Positions 14,236 to 25,935 of a DNA stretch of 64,000 nucleotides are shown one piece after another. Under the pieces are notes generated by a model. It saw only the letters and a list, made by a program, of their open reading frames with translations. It ran no database searches and was not told the DNA's origin. The stretch is from Eledone cirrhosa. Its lineage: Eukaryota. Position numbers and translations under genes: made by a program. Each line of letters begins with the position of its first letter. The first letter of the stretch is position 1. The stretch covers positions 1 to 64,000 of the forward strand of contig CAXHJY010001737.1 in NCBI GenBank assembly GCA_964016885.1. Direction: 5' to 3'.

Positions 14236-14591
14236 AATACGGCGATCTTATCTTAAACCTTACATTCTCGCTAACAACCCATCATCCCTCCCTCCCGCCC
14301 CCACGCACCACCATTATTACGTGGACCAATCATAAGTCAGAGGCCCATACTATCGCTTAACTGGTTGCTTTTCGATATGATGGATGGACTACGGAATTCT
14401 GGAGAGTTGAAGAGAGAAAAATGTGGACGCTCAGCGACAATGCCAAAGATAAAGCCAAATTCACCTCGTGGACGAGAATGCAAGCACTCCTCCTTGTTTC
14501 GGCCCAGGATGGCTAACATAACCCCCCCCCCCCCCCCGCGCCCCACCGCTCCCACCCTCCAAACGCAATCCAAAACTTCAGAGTTGGTACC

Positions 14592-17500
14592 ATGAATGTA
14601 GGCACCTTAAAGGGTCGCTCTAACGAGGTTGTAGAAATGCTTGAACGTAAGGTCGATGTTTGTTGTATTCAAGAGACCAGGTGGAGGGGAGGGTCGGCTA
14701 GATTCATCGTGGGTAAAGAACGATGCTATAAGCTTTTCTGGGTGGGAAATGACAATGGGTTGGGTGGGGTAGGAATCTTGGTAGCAGAAAAGTGGGAAGA
14801 TAAGATAATAGACGTAAATAGAGTGAACGACAGAATAATTAAAATAAGACTTGTCCTCAATAAAACTACGGTGACAGTAATATCTGCGTACGCACCCCAA
14901 TCCGGACTGCCCCACGCTATAAAAGACAGATTCTACGAGACACTGATGCTCGCTACCTCCCAAATAACCGACAGTGACTATATAGTTATTGCAGGCGACC
15001 TAAATGGTCACGTTGGACAACATTGTGACGGCTATGACGGAATCCATGGAGGCTATGGGTTCGGTACTAGAAATGAGGAAGGCTCCAGAATCCTGGAATT
15101 CTGCGACGCAAATAACTTAACTATCTGTAACACTAACTTCAAAAAACGAGACAATCACTTGATCACCTATAGATCGGGGGAACACACAAGCCAGGTAGAT
15201 TATATCCTTACCAGAAGACGTGACAGAGTGTCTGTTGTTAACACTAAATCCCACCCCCATGAAGAATTCACCTCCCAACATAGACTGATAATTAGCGACC
15301 TCATAGTCAGGACGAGACGTACTAGACAGCGGAAGAGGACTATCCTCAGGAGAAAAATATGGAAGCTAAAGGACCCCATAGCCAGAAATAAATTTCAAAG
15401 CATATTACTTGACGCTTTCGACAGTAAGGAAGAGCAATTAGAGTCGTATAATATAGAGGAACAGTGGGAATTCCTGAGAGCAAACCTGCTGACGGCGGCA
15501 GACGAAGTCTGTGGCTGGAGCAGGCCTGTAGGTAGGAGGAGAGTAACATGGTGGTGGAACAGTAAGGTGGAGGAGTCAATTAAGGCCAAAAAGCAGGCTT
15601 GGAAAGTATGGCGGGATGGGGGAAGTAGAGAAGACTATCAAGTGGCCAGGAGGGAAGCTAGGAGACAAGTGTACTTCGCAAGAAGGGAAGCAGAGGAAAG
15701 AAAGTTCAAGCATGTTCTACAACGTGAGGACCAAAAACGTGAGGTGTTCAGGATTGCCAGGCAATGTGTCAAGGAAAACCGTGATATTGTCGGGGAGAAG
15801 TGTGTACTTAACGATGATGGCATACTTGCCATCACCGACGCTGATAAGAAGGTAGCTTGGAAGTGTCACTACGAAAGGCTTCTAAATGAGAACAAATGGG
15901 AGAAAGACAGTCTCCCCCAGATCGATCCAATAGAGGGACCAGCAGTGTTAGTTGAAGGTAGTATAATAAGTAAGGCAATCAAAGATATGAAGACGGGTAA
16001 GGCGGCTGGGCCTTCGGAAATAGTTGCTGAGATGCTGAAGGCATCTGGTTCGGTGGGACACACCATGGTCACCCGGATAGTTAACCAAGTCGTACAGAAT
16101 GGGGTTGTTCCGAAGGAATGGCGTAGCAGCATCATCGTTAACTGCTATAAGGGAAAAGGAGATGCCCTAGATAGGAGTAACTATAGAGGCATTAAATTAA
16201 TCGACCAGGTCATGAAGGTCACGGAAAAAGTAATAGCGCAACTAATCAGAGAGAGAATTGATCTAGATGAAATGCAGTTCGGGTTTGTGTCAGGCAAAAG
16301 TACCACAGACGCTCTTTTCATTGTACGACAACTACAGGAGAAGTACCTAGCTAAAAGTAAACCCCTATACTTAGCTTTCGTCGACTTGGAGAAAGCCTTC
16401 GACAGAGTCCCCCGTTCCATTATCTGGTGGTCTCTTAGAAAACTAGGTGTTGACGAATGGCTTGTGAGAGCTATACAAGCCATGTATAAAGAAACAGTCA
16501 GTAAGGTTAGAATTAACAACGAATATAGTGAAGAGTTTAGCGTAAAAGTTGGTGTCCATCAGGGCTCTGTTCTTAGCCCCCTACTATTTATTATTGCCCT
16601 TCAGGCTATAACAGAGGAGTTCAAGACCGGCTGCCCATGGGAACTCCTATACGCAGATGATCTAACGCTCATAGCTGAATCAATGACCGAACTAGAGAAG
16701 AAATTCCAAACGTGGAAGCACGGCCTAGAATCAAAAGGCCTTAAAATTAACCTGGCTAAGACTAAAGTTCTAGTTTGTAGGAAAGAAAATAAGGCGGCGG
16801 TCCCATCGGGGAAATGGCCATGCTCAGTGTGTAGGAAAGGCGTAGGTAGAAACTCCATTTTATGTCCCAAATGCAAAGTATGGGTGCATAAAAGATGTAG
16901 TGGGATCACAGGTAAGCTAACTAAGAACATAGATCTTACATGTGGCCAGTGCTCTGGTGCAATAAGTAGCAGCAAGTGCCCACAAAATACTAGCTCCTTC
17001 AACTGCGCAGAGGGTTCTATAGAAATAGTGGACAGCTTCCGTTATCTGGGTGACAAAATCAGCAGTGGGGGAGGGTGCTCTGAAAGTACAGTAGCTAGAG
17101 TCAGAACTGGATGGAAAAAGTTCAGAGAGCTTATACCACTATTAGCCGCTAGAGGGTTCTCCCTAAAAATGAAAGGCAGGTTATACGATGCCTGCATACG
17201 AACAGCAATGCTGCATGGCAGTGAGACCTGGGCATTGTGTGCAGAGGATATACGCAGACTAGAGAGGAACGAAGCTTGCATGCTCCGCTGGATGTGCAAT
17301 AGTAATATACGTGAACGGCAAAGCATAAACGAACTAAGGAAAAAATTAGAAATAAGAGGGATCAGATGTTGTTTACTCGAGAGAAGGCTACGTTGGTACG
17401 GTCACGTGATGCGCATGAAAGACGACAGCTGTATAACAAAGTGCAGGGCAATAAAGATAGACGGTAGCCACGGAGTAGGCAGACCCAGAAAAACATGGGA

Positions 17501-17606
17501 CGAGCTGATAAATTCCGACCTCACACGCTTACACCTCTCCAAGACAATGTCACTGGACCGAGACCTTTGGCGGTACTCAGTAATAGAGAAGACCCGCCTT
17601 ACCTAA
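14592..17606 (+). CDS. RTE LINE ORF: APE endonuclease + reverse transcriptase + PHD-like Cys/His finger
   Basis: NVGTL, CCIQETRW, GDLNGHVG, VDYIL, SQHR (APE); YRGIKL, QFGF, FVDLEKAFDRV, GVHQGSVLSPLLF, LLYADD, YLG (RT); uninterrupted 1004 aa. The true start is probably upstream (FRVGT precedes the ATG). Confidence 0.93.
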   Translation: MNVGTLKGRSNEVVEMLERKVDVCCIQETRWRGGSARFIVGKERCYKLFWVGNDNGLGGVGILVAEKWEDKIIDVNRVNDRIIKIRLVLNKTTVTVISAYAPQSGLPHAIKDRFYETLMLATSQITDSDYIVIAGDLNGHVGQHCDGYDGIHGGYGFGTRNEEGSRILEFCDANNLTICNTNFKKRDNHLITYRSGEHTSQVDYILTRRRDRVSVVNTKSHPHEEFTSQHRLIISDLIVRTRRTRQRKRTILRRKIWKLKDPIARNKFQSILLDAFDSKEEQLESYNIEEQWEFLRANLLTAADEVCGWSRPVGRRRVTWWWNSKVEESIKAKKQAWKVWRDGGSREDYQVARREARRQVYFARREAEERKFKHVLQREDQKREVFRIARQCVKENRDIVGEKCVLNDDGILAITDADKKVAWKCHYERLLNENKWEKDSLPQIDPIEGPAVLVEGSIISKAIKDMKTGKAAGPSEIVAEMLKASGSVGHTMVTRIVNQVVQNGVVPKEWRSSIIVNCYKGKGDALDRSNYRGIKLIDQVMKVTEKVIAQLIRERIDLDEMQFGFVSGKSTTDALFIVRQLQEKYLAKSKPLYLAFVDLEKAFDRVPRSIIWWSLRKLGVDEWLVRAIQAMYKETVSKVRINNEYSEEFSVKVGVHQGSVLSPLLFIIALQAITEEFKTGCPWELLYADDLTLIAESMTELEKKFQTWKHGLESKGLKINLAKTKVLVCRKENKAAVPSGKWPCSVCRKGVGRNSILCPKCKVWVHKRCSGITGKLTKNIDLTCGQCSGAISSSKCPQNTSSFNCAEGSIEIVDSFRYLGDKISSGGGCSESTVARVRTGWKKFRELIPLLAARGFSLKMKGRLYDACIRTAMLHGSETWALCAEDIRRLERNEACMLRWMCNSNIRERQSINELRKKLEIRGIRCCLLERRLRWYGHVMRMKDDSCITKCRAIKIDGSHGVGRPRKTWDELINSDLTRLHLSKTMSLDRDLWRYSVIEKTRLT

Positions 17607-18133
17607 ATACAAAGTAAAAACCTACTACAGTCAGTAGGCATCTCTATCAAAACACACCCCCGTCCCACCACCTCCACCCCACCCACACCGCCCCTTTCAA
17701 TGTAAAGTTATGTTGGTCCCACAACATCCAGGCCGAAACAAATGAGATCGTGTAGGTGTCACGACAAAAAACACACAGTCCACGCTGTAAATGTGGCCGT
17801 GTAGGCAACACGGTAAAAACCTCCCAGCCCCACACTGTAAATGTGGTTGGTGTTAGGAAGGGCATCCAGCTGTAGAAAACCCGCCAGACAGTCCACGCTG
17901 TAATGTGGCCGTGTAGGCAACACGGTAAAAACCTCCCAGCCCCACACTGTAAATGTGGTTGGTGTTAGGAAGGGCATCCAACTGTAGAAAACCCGCCAGA
18001 CAGTCCTATGCGAGCAAGACAACCACTCTTGCCTCAAGTGGGAAAACCCCCGTCCAAACCCATGCAAGCATGGAACACGGACGCTAAACCTGATGATGAT
18101 GATGATGATGATATATGTGTGTGTAAGTATATA

Positions 18134-18164
<31 letters not shown>

Positions 18165-18275
18165 GTACATATATATGTATATATACATGTATAGCTATAT
18201 ATATATATATATGTATATATATATACATGTATATCTCTCTCTATATATATATACATGTGTATATAGATACATGTA

Positions 18276-18320
<45 letters not shown>

Positions 18321-18403
18321 CTATATATGTATATATATATATATATATATATACATACCTATATATGTATATGCATGTGTATGTATATATATATACATAC
18401 CTA

Positions 18404-18441
<38 letters not shown>

Positions 18442-18481
18442 CCTATATATGTATATGCATGTGTATGTATATATATATATA

Positions 18482-18660
18482 TAGTTATGTAATAAACAAT
18501 ATAAGACAATTATTTCATTTACCAAAGGCTTCACGATGACAGACGAGCCTGACACAGAGTCTGAAGACGACCGAAGTCAGATGTCTGTGTCAGGCTCGTC
18601 TGGCTTCGTAAAACCTTTGGTAAATGAAATAATTATCTTATATTGTTTATTACATAACTA
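18482..18660. repeat. Fold-back hairpin, ~77-bp imperfect arms
   Basis: tagttatgtaataaacaatataag...gacacaga / tctgtgtc...cttatattgtttattacataacta. Confidence 0.88.
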
Positions 18661-18918
18661 AAAAGCTCTGTAGTCTACATAGAGCACTCTCCTTTCCTAC
18701 GGAAACACTTTATATATATATATACTTATATATGTGTACATATTTATGTCTGTATCTATATATGTATATGAATATATACATATATATATATGAATACATG
18801 TGTGTATATATGTGTAAATGTGCATGTATGTATATATGTGCATATATATATGTACATATGCATATATATATGTATATATGTACATATGTATATATGTGCA
18901 TATATATATGTACATACA

Positions 18919-18952
<34 letters not shown>

Positions 18953-18979
18953 CATGTGTGTATGTATATTATACATGTG

Positions 18980-19010
<31 letters not shown>

Positions 19011-19394
19011 GTGTGTATGTATATATATATATATACATGTGTATGTGTATATATATAGAGAGAGATATACATATATGTATGTGTGCGTGTGTATATGTAT
19101 TTATATATATATATAGGAACGTCATAAACAACAACAACAAAGCAGTACAAGTTACGGAAAAATATGTGATGTTGATAAATAAAAACAGAAGACTATTTGA
19201 TTTTCACATAAGTTTATTATTTTATCATATGGATGGTCACGGTTGGAACATTATTGATTACTCATACATCGGGTCGTCCTCGGGTTGGCCAGGTCTCTGT
19301 GAAGAGATGTAAATAACTTAAACCTATAACTGTGTGAAATAAAAGAAAGATTTATATACATTTATATTTCCTGTGTTGTCGGTCAAGATCTAGA

Positions 19395-20050
19395 GATGGT
19401 TGACGTATTTGTCCCTGGTTCAATCCTGACCTAGACTAATCTTTAATATATGATAGGAAAGAACCTTTCTAAAGGGAGATAACTCAAATAAATATAACAG
19501 ATAGAAGGAACACGTCTCCAAAACAGTAGTTGAGGTCCTGGTCCCTAGTTCTATCCTAGCCTAGACTAATATTAAATATTATATGATAGGAAAGGTGGGA
19601 CGGTGGTGGAAAGAACCTTTCTAAAGAGAGATAACTCATGTATGTATAAAAGATAGAAATAACTGTTTCTACTTTAGGCACAAGGCCAGCAATTACGCAG
19701 TGCATTACTGGTACTTTAAAAGATAGAAATAACACGTTACCAATAACGTGGTTGAGGTCTTCGTCACTAGTCCATACCTGATCTAGACTAATCCTTTACC
19801 ATTGTTTGACAAGAAAAGTGTTTGGGTGGGATGGAGAGAAGAACGTTTCTAAAGGGATGTAACTGGATTTCATACAAGCTAGAAAACATTGGTAGAAGTG
19901 ATGGTCACTGATTCAATTCTGTCCTAGTCTAATATTTTACCTCTGTACGATAGGGGAGTGAGCCAGGATACAGACCTTTCTATTAGAGAGTACAGATCTC
20001 CAAAGAGGAGACCCCCCCAAAAAAAAAGAAAGATAACTCTAGCAAAACCA
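19395..20050. repeat. Diverged tandem repeat, 4-5 copies of a ~130-bp unit
   Basis: Recurring gtccctggttcaatcctgacctagactaat...agaacctttctaaagggagataactc. Confidence 0.65.
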
Positions 20051-20656
20051 TAAGAGGTTCTTGAATAAAGAACTTATTCCCCTTTGGCTAATACTGTCAT
20101 GTAATGTTATGGACATCACTGCCCCTTCGGCTAATAACCCTGTTATGTAATGTTATGGATATCTCTGTCCCTTTGGCTATCTCATGTTTCTAGCACTTGT
20201 TTTGACCATGAAAATATCCACACTCAGGGTAAAGAATTTCCTTAAAAAATTAAATTAGTCGTTTAGAGTTACCTCCCTTTGACCGTAAAATTGATGTGAA
20301 CTATTAAAGCTAAAATTGACCTCATTGACTTTGTTTTGTTACCTCATAACTTTCTTAATAATTTATATTTTGTTTTGAAATTTAACAGAGATACGCATTA
20401 AAGTTTGTCGATTACGATTCTTGAGATGAATTTAAAATATCTATTAACCGAAAATATATAATAAGGCTAGAAATAAGATAATTGGTAGATTTGTTTACTA
20501 TTTTCACCTATGGTTATGACTTGAGCGAGATTTCGCTGTAATTACTATATATTTTATTGTGTATATATGTATTATGTACATCTATTAAGCATCATTTAAA
20601 GGAAATTTCTAGCGTTTTATATTTATATGCGTGTGTGTATGTTTGCATACGCCCAT

Positions 20657-20820
20657 AATATTTAATATAGAAATGTCTTCTACGGGACTAGAACCAATAG
20701 TTTCCTTCGAATGAAACAGTTCTAGTCCCGTAGAAGCCACTTCTATATTAAATATTGTATATACTCTATGTATTGAGTACCTTACTTACTGCGGTTAACC
20801 CCGATTGAAACCGGGATACA
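20657..20820 (+). repeat. Hammerhead family 2 derivative with local fold-back (arms 20657-20694 / 20719-20756)
   Basis: tttccttcgaatGAAAcagttctagtcccGTAgaag and downstream tgtattgagtaccttacttactg match 11994-12110; CUGAUGA lost. Confidence 0.7.
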
Positions 20821-22205
20821 CACACACATAATATATAGATATAGAGGTGTATATGAAAGCATATAATATATATATTAATAGGTGTGCGTATGAAAACAAA
20901 TGCAAACCCATACACACGCATATATACATAAAACGCTAGAAATAGCAGCTGAATCTCATTTAAATCACTACACACTGCCTTAAAACCTCGTAGAAATAGT
21001 AAACAAATCTCACCCAAATCACAGAAGAAACACGAGGCCGTTTGAAATATTGTAAACAGAGTCAAATATATTGGATTTATGAAAATAAGTACGTTTATAC
21101 ACGAATATATATATTTGTATACATGTGTGATTACTCCGCTATTTTAAATAACACAGTGAGGTTTTTAAAAGCTCCACCGCATATTTGTAGCGAAATTATC
21201 AACTTTTCAAACAATATATTCTGTTAATAACTGTTTCACTGGTTAACTCACAACAATTGTGTAAATAAATTATTATTACGTGTATGAATTAGAGAGGAAG
21301 ATTTAAGATATTTTCTCACCGTTTTTTGTTGATAAAATCAAGATGGAGTTGTCACTAATGACTCAGCAAATTCTTGTGGCATGATGGGAAATATTTTAGA
21401 ATTTAAAGCATGATTCTCCCAAAGTATAACCCATTCTCTGTATGTATGCATGCATATTATATATATAAAACATGTATTAATATATCGTATGTATATATAT
21501 TATATACATCGTATATATACTTTGGAGGGTCATACTGCCAATAAAAAACACGCACACATGAGGTTTTATTTATTATAATTTCTTGTCGGTTAGTTGTTGA
21601 TTGTCAAAGCTGTTTCGTCACAGATTTTGTGATCACTTCTGTTACTTTGTGTCTCCTCTTTCTTCTGTTCCACACCATCTTGTCTTTGTATTTATATACT
21701 CATATATATACATGTGTAAAGGCTATATCCACATATAGGTGTATGCACGTATGTATATGTACTTATATGTATATACACAAATATATACATATGTAATATG
21801 AAGGATTCGGCACCCTGACGGTTGAGCTTCAACAACTAATTCCGAACTGTTGAAATGGAAGCAGCCACAGGATACCACATCTACAATGGATGATTTGTAC
21901 AATGTCGAGTGCTGTAATTTATTATATCATGTTTTACTTACTAGAATGGCCAGTTCTACCTGATGTACAGACCACATTATGGTCAGTCAGCTGTCACGCA
22001 GATAAAATGAAGCATTCAATGTCGCGTATAAATAGTAAAAACCGGAGCTTTTGAAGAATTTTAAATATTTTAAAGTCTTTTCAAAAGATTTTATATCATC
22101 TGAAGACTTTAGGTTATGAAAATTTATAGTCCTCAGTGAAATATGTATCACAGACATTTATATAAACCTAAATCAACCTCTTATGGCCTCTGATCTCTTT
22201 AATAC

Positions 22206-22237
<32 letters not shown>

Positions 22238-22238
<1 letters not shown>

Positions 22239-22348
22239 CCTGGGTTCAATTGGGGTAACCACAGTAAGGTACTCAATACAGTGGTAGAGTGTAAACAACA
22301 AATTTAATATATTAGAACTGTTTCATTGGAAGGAAATCATCAGGAAAG
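22238..22348 (-). repeat. Hammerhead family 2 derivative (stem III/cleavage site deleted)
   Basis: Minus strand: ttc CTGATGA tttccttccaat GAAA cagttcta ... tgtattgagtaccttactgtggttacccc. Confidence 0.7.
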
Positions 22349-22356
22349 CACACAGT

Positions 22357-22391
<35 letters not shown>

Positions 22392-22439
22392 GTGTGTGAT
22401 TGTATGTGTGTGATTGTATGTGTGTCGACAACAGTCAAT

Positions 22440-22652
22440 CGACTTTTATCGAATCGGACTGTGGAAACAATGTTTCCGTTGGACTTTCCAATTGCTAATA
22501 CTATCTATCGGTCACAACTCCAGGAAGGAGCAATGTGAAATAAAGTGTCTTGCTCAAGGACATAATGCATTATCCGGTCCAGGAATCAAACTCAGAATCT
22601 CACGATTGCACATCAAATTATTTTACCACTCAGTCACGCGCCTTCACACACA
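22440..22652 (-). mobile_element. tRNA-derived SINE (V-domain-like core)
   Basis: gagcaatgtgaaataaagtgtcttgctcaaggac; related copies at 37195-37410, 54983-55368. Confidence 0.7.
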
Positions 22653-22829
22653 CACATATAAATAAAACCCGAAACCACTTAACACAGCAGTCGGTATTTT
22701 ACATATCTCTATAACTACTCTGCATCTCCACATGCATTGAGTACTCCCATGATTAGTGGTCTCTTCAGTCTCAGCACCACATACTCTATATGTACATACA
22801 TACATTCATAAATATATATATATACATCC

Positions 22830-23105
22830 CTAGGATGGGTAAAATTCCCGAGATCCATGGATGAGTTCTCTCCAGTGATCTCTGTCCATCTTCCAGAGAC
22901 CAGTGTCTGTCCTGAGGGTACAATATATGTCTTTCTTGGTCTCCCTCAAGTGTGTCCGTGTAGGGGCTCCGACAGGAGCACCGAGTGCAGTGTCAACTCA
23001 ATGTCGGTGAGTATGTCCAGCTAACCTCAGTCTCCTCTGTGTTACTTTTGAGCTGACTTTTGGGAGGCTCCTGTACAGCTCCGATTTCTTCATCTTCAGT
23101 GTCTA
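22830..23105 (-). mobile_element. Diverged copy of the 10689-11086 LINE 3' end
   Basis: Reverse complement matches gggaattttaccc, ccatggatc, ggagcccctacacggacacac, aaaagtcagctcaaaagt. Confidence 0.8.
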
Positions 23106-23489
23106 CATACATATACACACACACGCACGCACATACATATATATACACACACACACACATATATATATATACATATACACAAAGAATCAAAATAAGTTCC
23201 TATGCGGTCATTTGTCCAGCTAGAAATTAGAACCAAATCTTCCTAAAAACCCAACTACTTAAAGAAAAATCGGAAGAATAAACTGTGGTATGAAGCCCTC
23301 AATACACAAAAAACCCCAAGGATGGTCACAGGTGAGCTGTCTTTGATTACTAGAGATCCACTCCAGTAAATCTGACCTAGGGCTAAACAACAGCCTCTCT
23401 CTAGATATATATGTCATGTTTTACAACTTTCTCCATACCATATCTGGCTATGTTTCTTAACCCTATTCTTTCTAACTGATACCTTTATC

Positions 23490-23625
23490 CAGTGGTTCCC
23501 AAAGAGGGTTCCACAAAGGAGTGTCTAGGGTCCTGTGAAAAAAGGTAGAGGAGTATATTTATATTACAACCAAAAGCTTCTGAACCAAAAAGGGTTCCGC
23601 ATTTGAAAAAGTTTAGGAAACCCTG
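23490..23625. mobile_element. Short hAT-type MITE
   Basis: Termini cagtggttcccaaa ... tttaggaaaccctg; TSD not clean. Confidence 0.55.
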
Positions 23626-24074
23626 CTTTCACTCTCCCCACTGATTCTCTTTTTGGTAAACCTTTATTATTAATTATTAAAAAAATTATTTAATTAAATT
23701 AAATTCATAGGTTTGGTTAAAATTTTTGAAGTTGAAGTTTGTTTTTTTCCTGATATTTCCATGTTTTGAACAAATGTTATTCAAAGCCATCGTAATTTAC
23801 ACATTTTCTGTTGTACCTCTACCCCAAAACCTCAATTGCCTGTTTCCTGTGGTACCCCTACCCCAAAACCTCCATTATTATATGATAATATAAATTTACC
23901 ATATTTTCTTATAAAGCCCCATTTCTTTGTATGATTTCTTCACACATCACAAGACCAAGCGATGGTAATGCCACCTCACGTACACCAGTTACTTACCTGT
24001 GACGAGGTTTAGTAACGAGGAAACGAGCTTATACCAGACAACATCAACACCTTGCAGTTAATTCTTTCTTTTAA

Positions 24075-25935
24075 ATTCAGGCAGAAGACCAGCAATTTGT
24101 GGGGAAGGGGAAAGTCTATACAGACCCCAGTACTTTACTGTTATTTTATTTTATTGACCTTGGAAGGATGAAAGGCAAAGTTGACCTTGGTGGGTTTGGA
24201 CTCAGACTGTAAAGAGCCAGAACAAATACCGCAAAGTAGTTTGTCCGATGCTCTACCGACTCAAACAATCTACCATGCTGTAACAACAACAACAATGGTT
24301 TCTACTTTTTGAGGGGAGAGGAAAGTCAATTAAATCGACCCCATTACATTACTGGTACTTTATTTTATCAACACTGTAAGGATGAAAAGCAAAGTTAACC
24401 TCGGCAGGATTTGAAATCAGAACGTTAAGGGACGTAACTAAATACCGCAAAACATTTTCCCCGATGCTCTACCGATTCTGCCAATCCACCACCCTAGTAA
24501 TAATAATAATGGGTTCTGATTTAGGCACAAGGCCAATAATTTTTTCCTGGGGGACAATTTTATTAAATCTACCCCAGAGCATTACTGGTACTTTATTTTA
24601 TCGACCCCGTGAAGATGAAATGTAAAGTTAACCTCGGAAAGATTTGAACTCAGAATGTAAAGGGACATAACTCTATGCTGCAAAGCATGGTGTCTGACAC
24701 TCTACCGATTCTAACAATCCACCGCACTTAGAAAATAATAATAATAATAATAATTGTTTCTACTTTAGACACAAGGTCAGCAAATACCCAGTACATTACT
24801 GGTACTTTATTTTATCGACCCCCATAAGGATGAAAGGCAAAGTCAACCTAGGCGGGATTTGAGCTCAGACTGTAAAGGGACGTAACTATGCTAGAAAGCA
24901 TGGCGTCTGACCCTCTACTGATACTGCCAATTCACCGCCCTTATAATAATAATAATAATAATGACTTTTGATTTATGCACAAGGCCAACAATTTTGTGGG
25001 AAAGAGAAAGTCAATTAAATCCTGTAAGGATGAAAGGTAAAGTTAACCTCGGCAGGATTTTAATTCAGACCGCAAAGGGCCGTAACTCTATGCTGCAAAG
25101 CATGGCATCCGACTCTCTACCGATAATAATAATGACACCTTTGTAAAGACAATTGATTAAATAACATTTTATACATATTTTGAGCTGTTTTCTTGAGCCT
25201 TTTACATAAAAAGTTTAAATAATAAATTTTTTTTTTCTCCATAAAATATATTAAGACAATAAGACTTTAGTTCACTTCAAAGAAATAATAATAATAATGC
25301 TTTCTAATTTAGGCACAAGGCCAGCAATTTTGGGGGCGGGAGGGGGGAGAAATAAAGAGAGGTAGAGGAAGTTGATTATATCGACCCCTAGTACATGGCC
25401 GGTACTTTATTTTATCACACCCCCCACCCCCACCCCCCAACTGGAAGGAGGAAAGGAAAAGTTGACACCGGCAAGATCTGAACCTAATGTTAAGGGCCTC
25501 AATAAATGCTGCAAGGTATTTTGTTCGACATACTACCAATACTACCACCCCACTTCCTAAATAATAATAATAATAATAATAATAATTGTTTCCACCTTTG
25601 GCACAAGGCCAGCAATTACCCAGTACATTACTGGTACTTTATTTTATCGACCCCGTAAGGATGAAAGGCAAAGTTAACCTTAATAATAATAATGATTTCT
25701 AGTATAGGGAGAAGGCCAGCAATTTGGGGGGAGGGGAAAGTCGATTAAATCTTAAATCGACCCCAGTGTGTTACTGCTACTTTATTTTATCGACCCCGTA
25801 AGGATGAAAGGCAAAGTTAACCTCGGCGGGATTTGAACTCAGAACGTAAAGGGATGTAACTATATACTGTAAATCATATTGTCCCACGCTCTTCTGATTC
25901 CTGCAAATCCACCGCCCTAGTAATAATAATAATAA
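24075..25935 (-). mobile_element. Head-to-tail cluster of ~8 tRNA-derived SINE copies (Meta-domain-like core) separated by (AAT)n tails
   Basis: Repeated cgaccccgtaaggatgaaaggcaaagttaacctcggcgggatttgaactcagaac and aggcacaaggccagcaatt. Confidence 0.85.

Larger units (their letters stand above)
13644..18110 (+). mobile_element. Full-length RTE-clade LINE with 5' tandem monomers, (TGA)n tail and target-site duplication
   Basis: APE+RT ORF; 3' UTR ending tgatgatga; atatatgtgtgtgtaagtatatatatat at both 13604-13631 and 18111-18138. Confidence 0.88.

Noticed and set aside
14260-14520. Possible HDV-like ribozyme at the RTE 5' end (attctcg/cgagaat pairing, acctcgt loop, gctaa)
   Set aside because: No P1.1 GG after P1 and no P2 pairing could be built.
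14607-17326. Antisense ORFs within the RTE
   Set aside because: Short shadow frames of the LINE ORF with no motifs.
19230-19320. HDV-like look-alike (tcctcgg, GG, tctct/agaga hairpin)
   Set aside because: P3 does not pair and J4/2 lacks the catalytic C.
21595-21650. Minus-strand hammerhead-like remnant (tcaca/tgtga stem, GAAAC-agct)
   Set aside because: CUGANGA and the cleavage triplet are not recognisable; too degenerate to call.
22095-22160. CTGAAGA ... GAAA pair
   Set aside because: Stems I and III cannot be paired convincingly.
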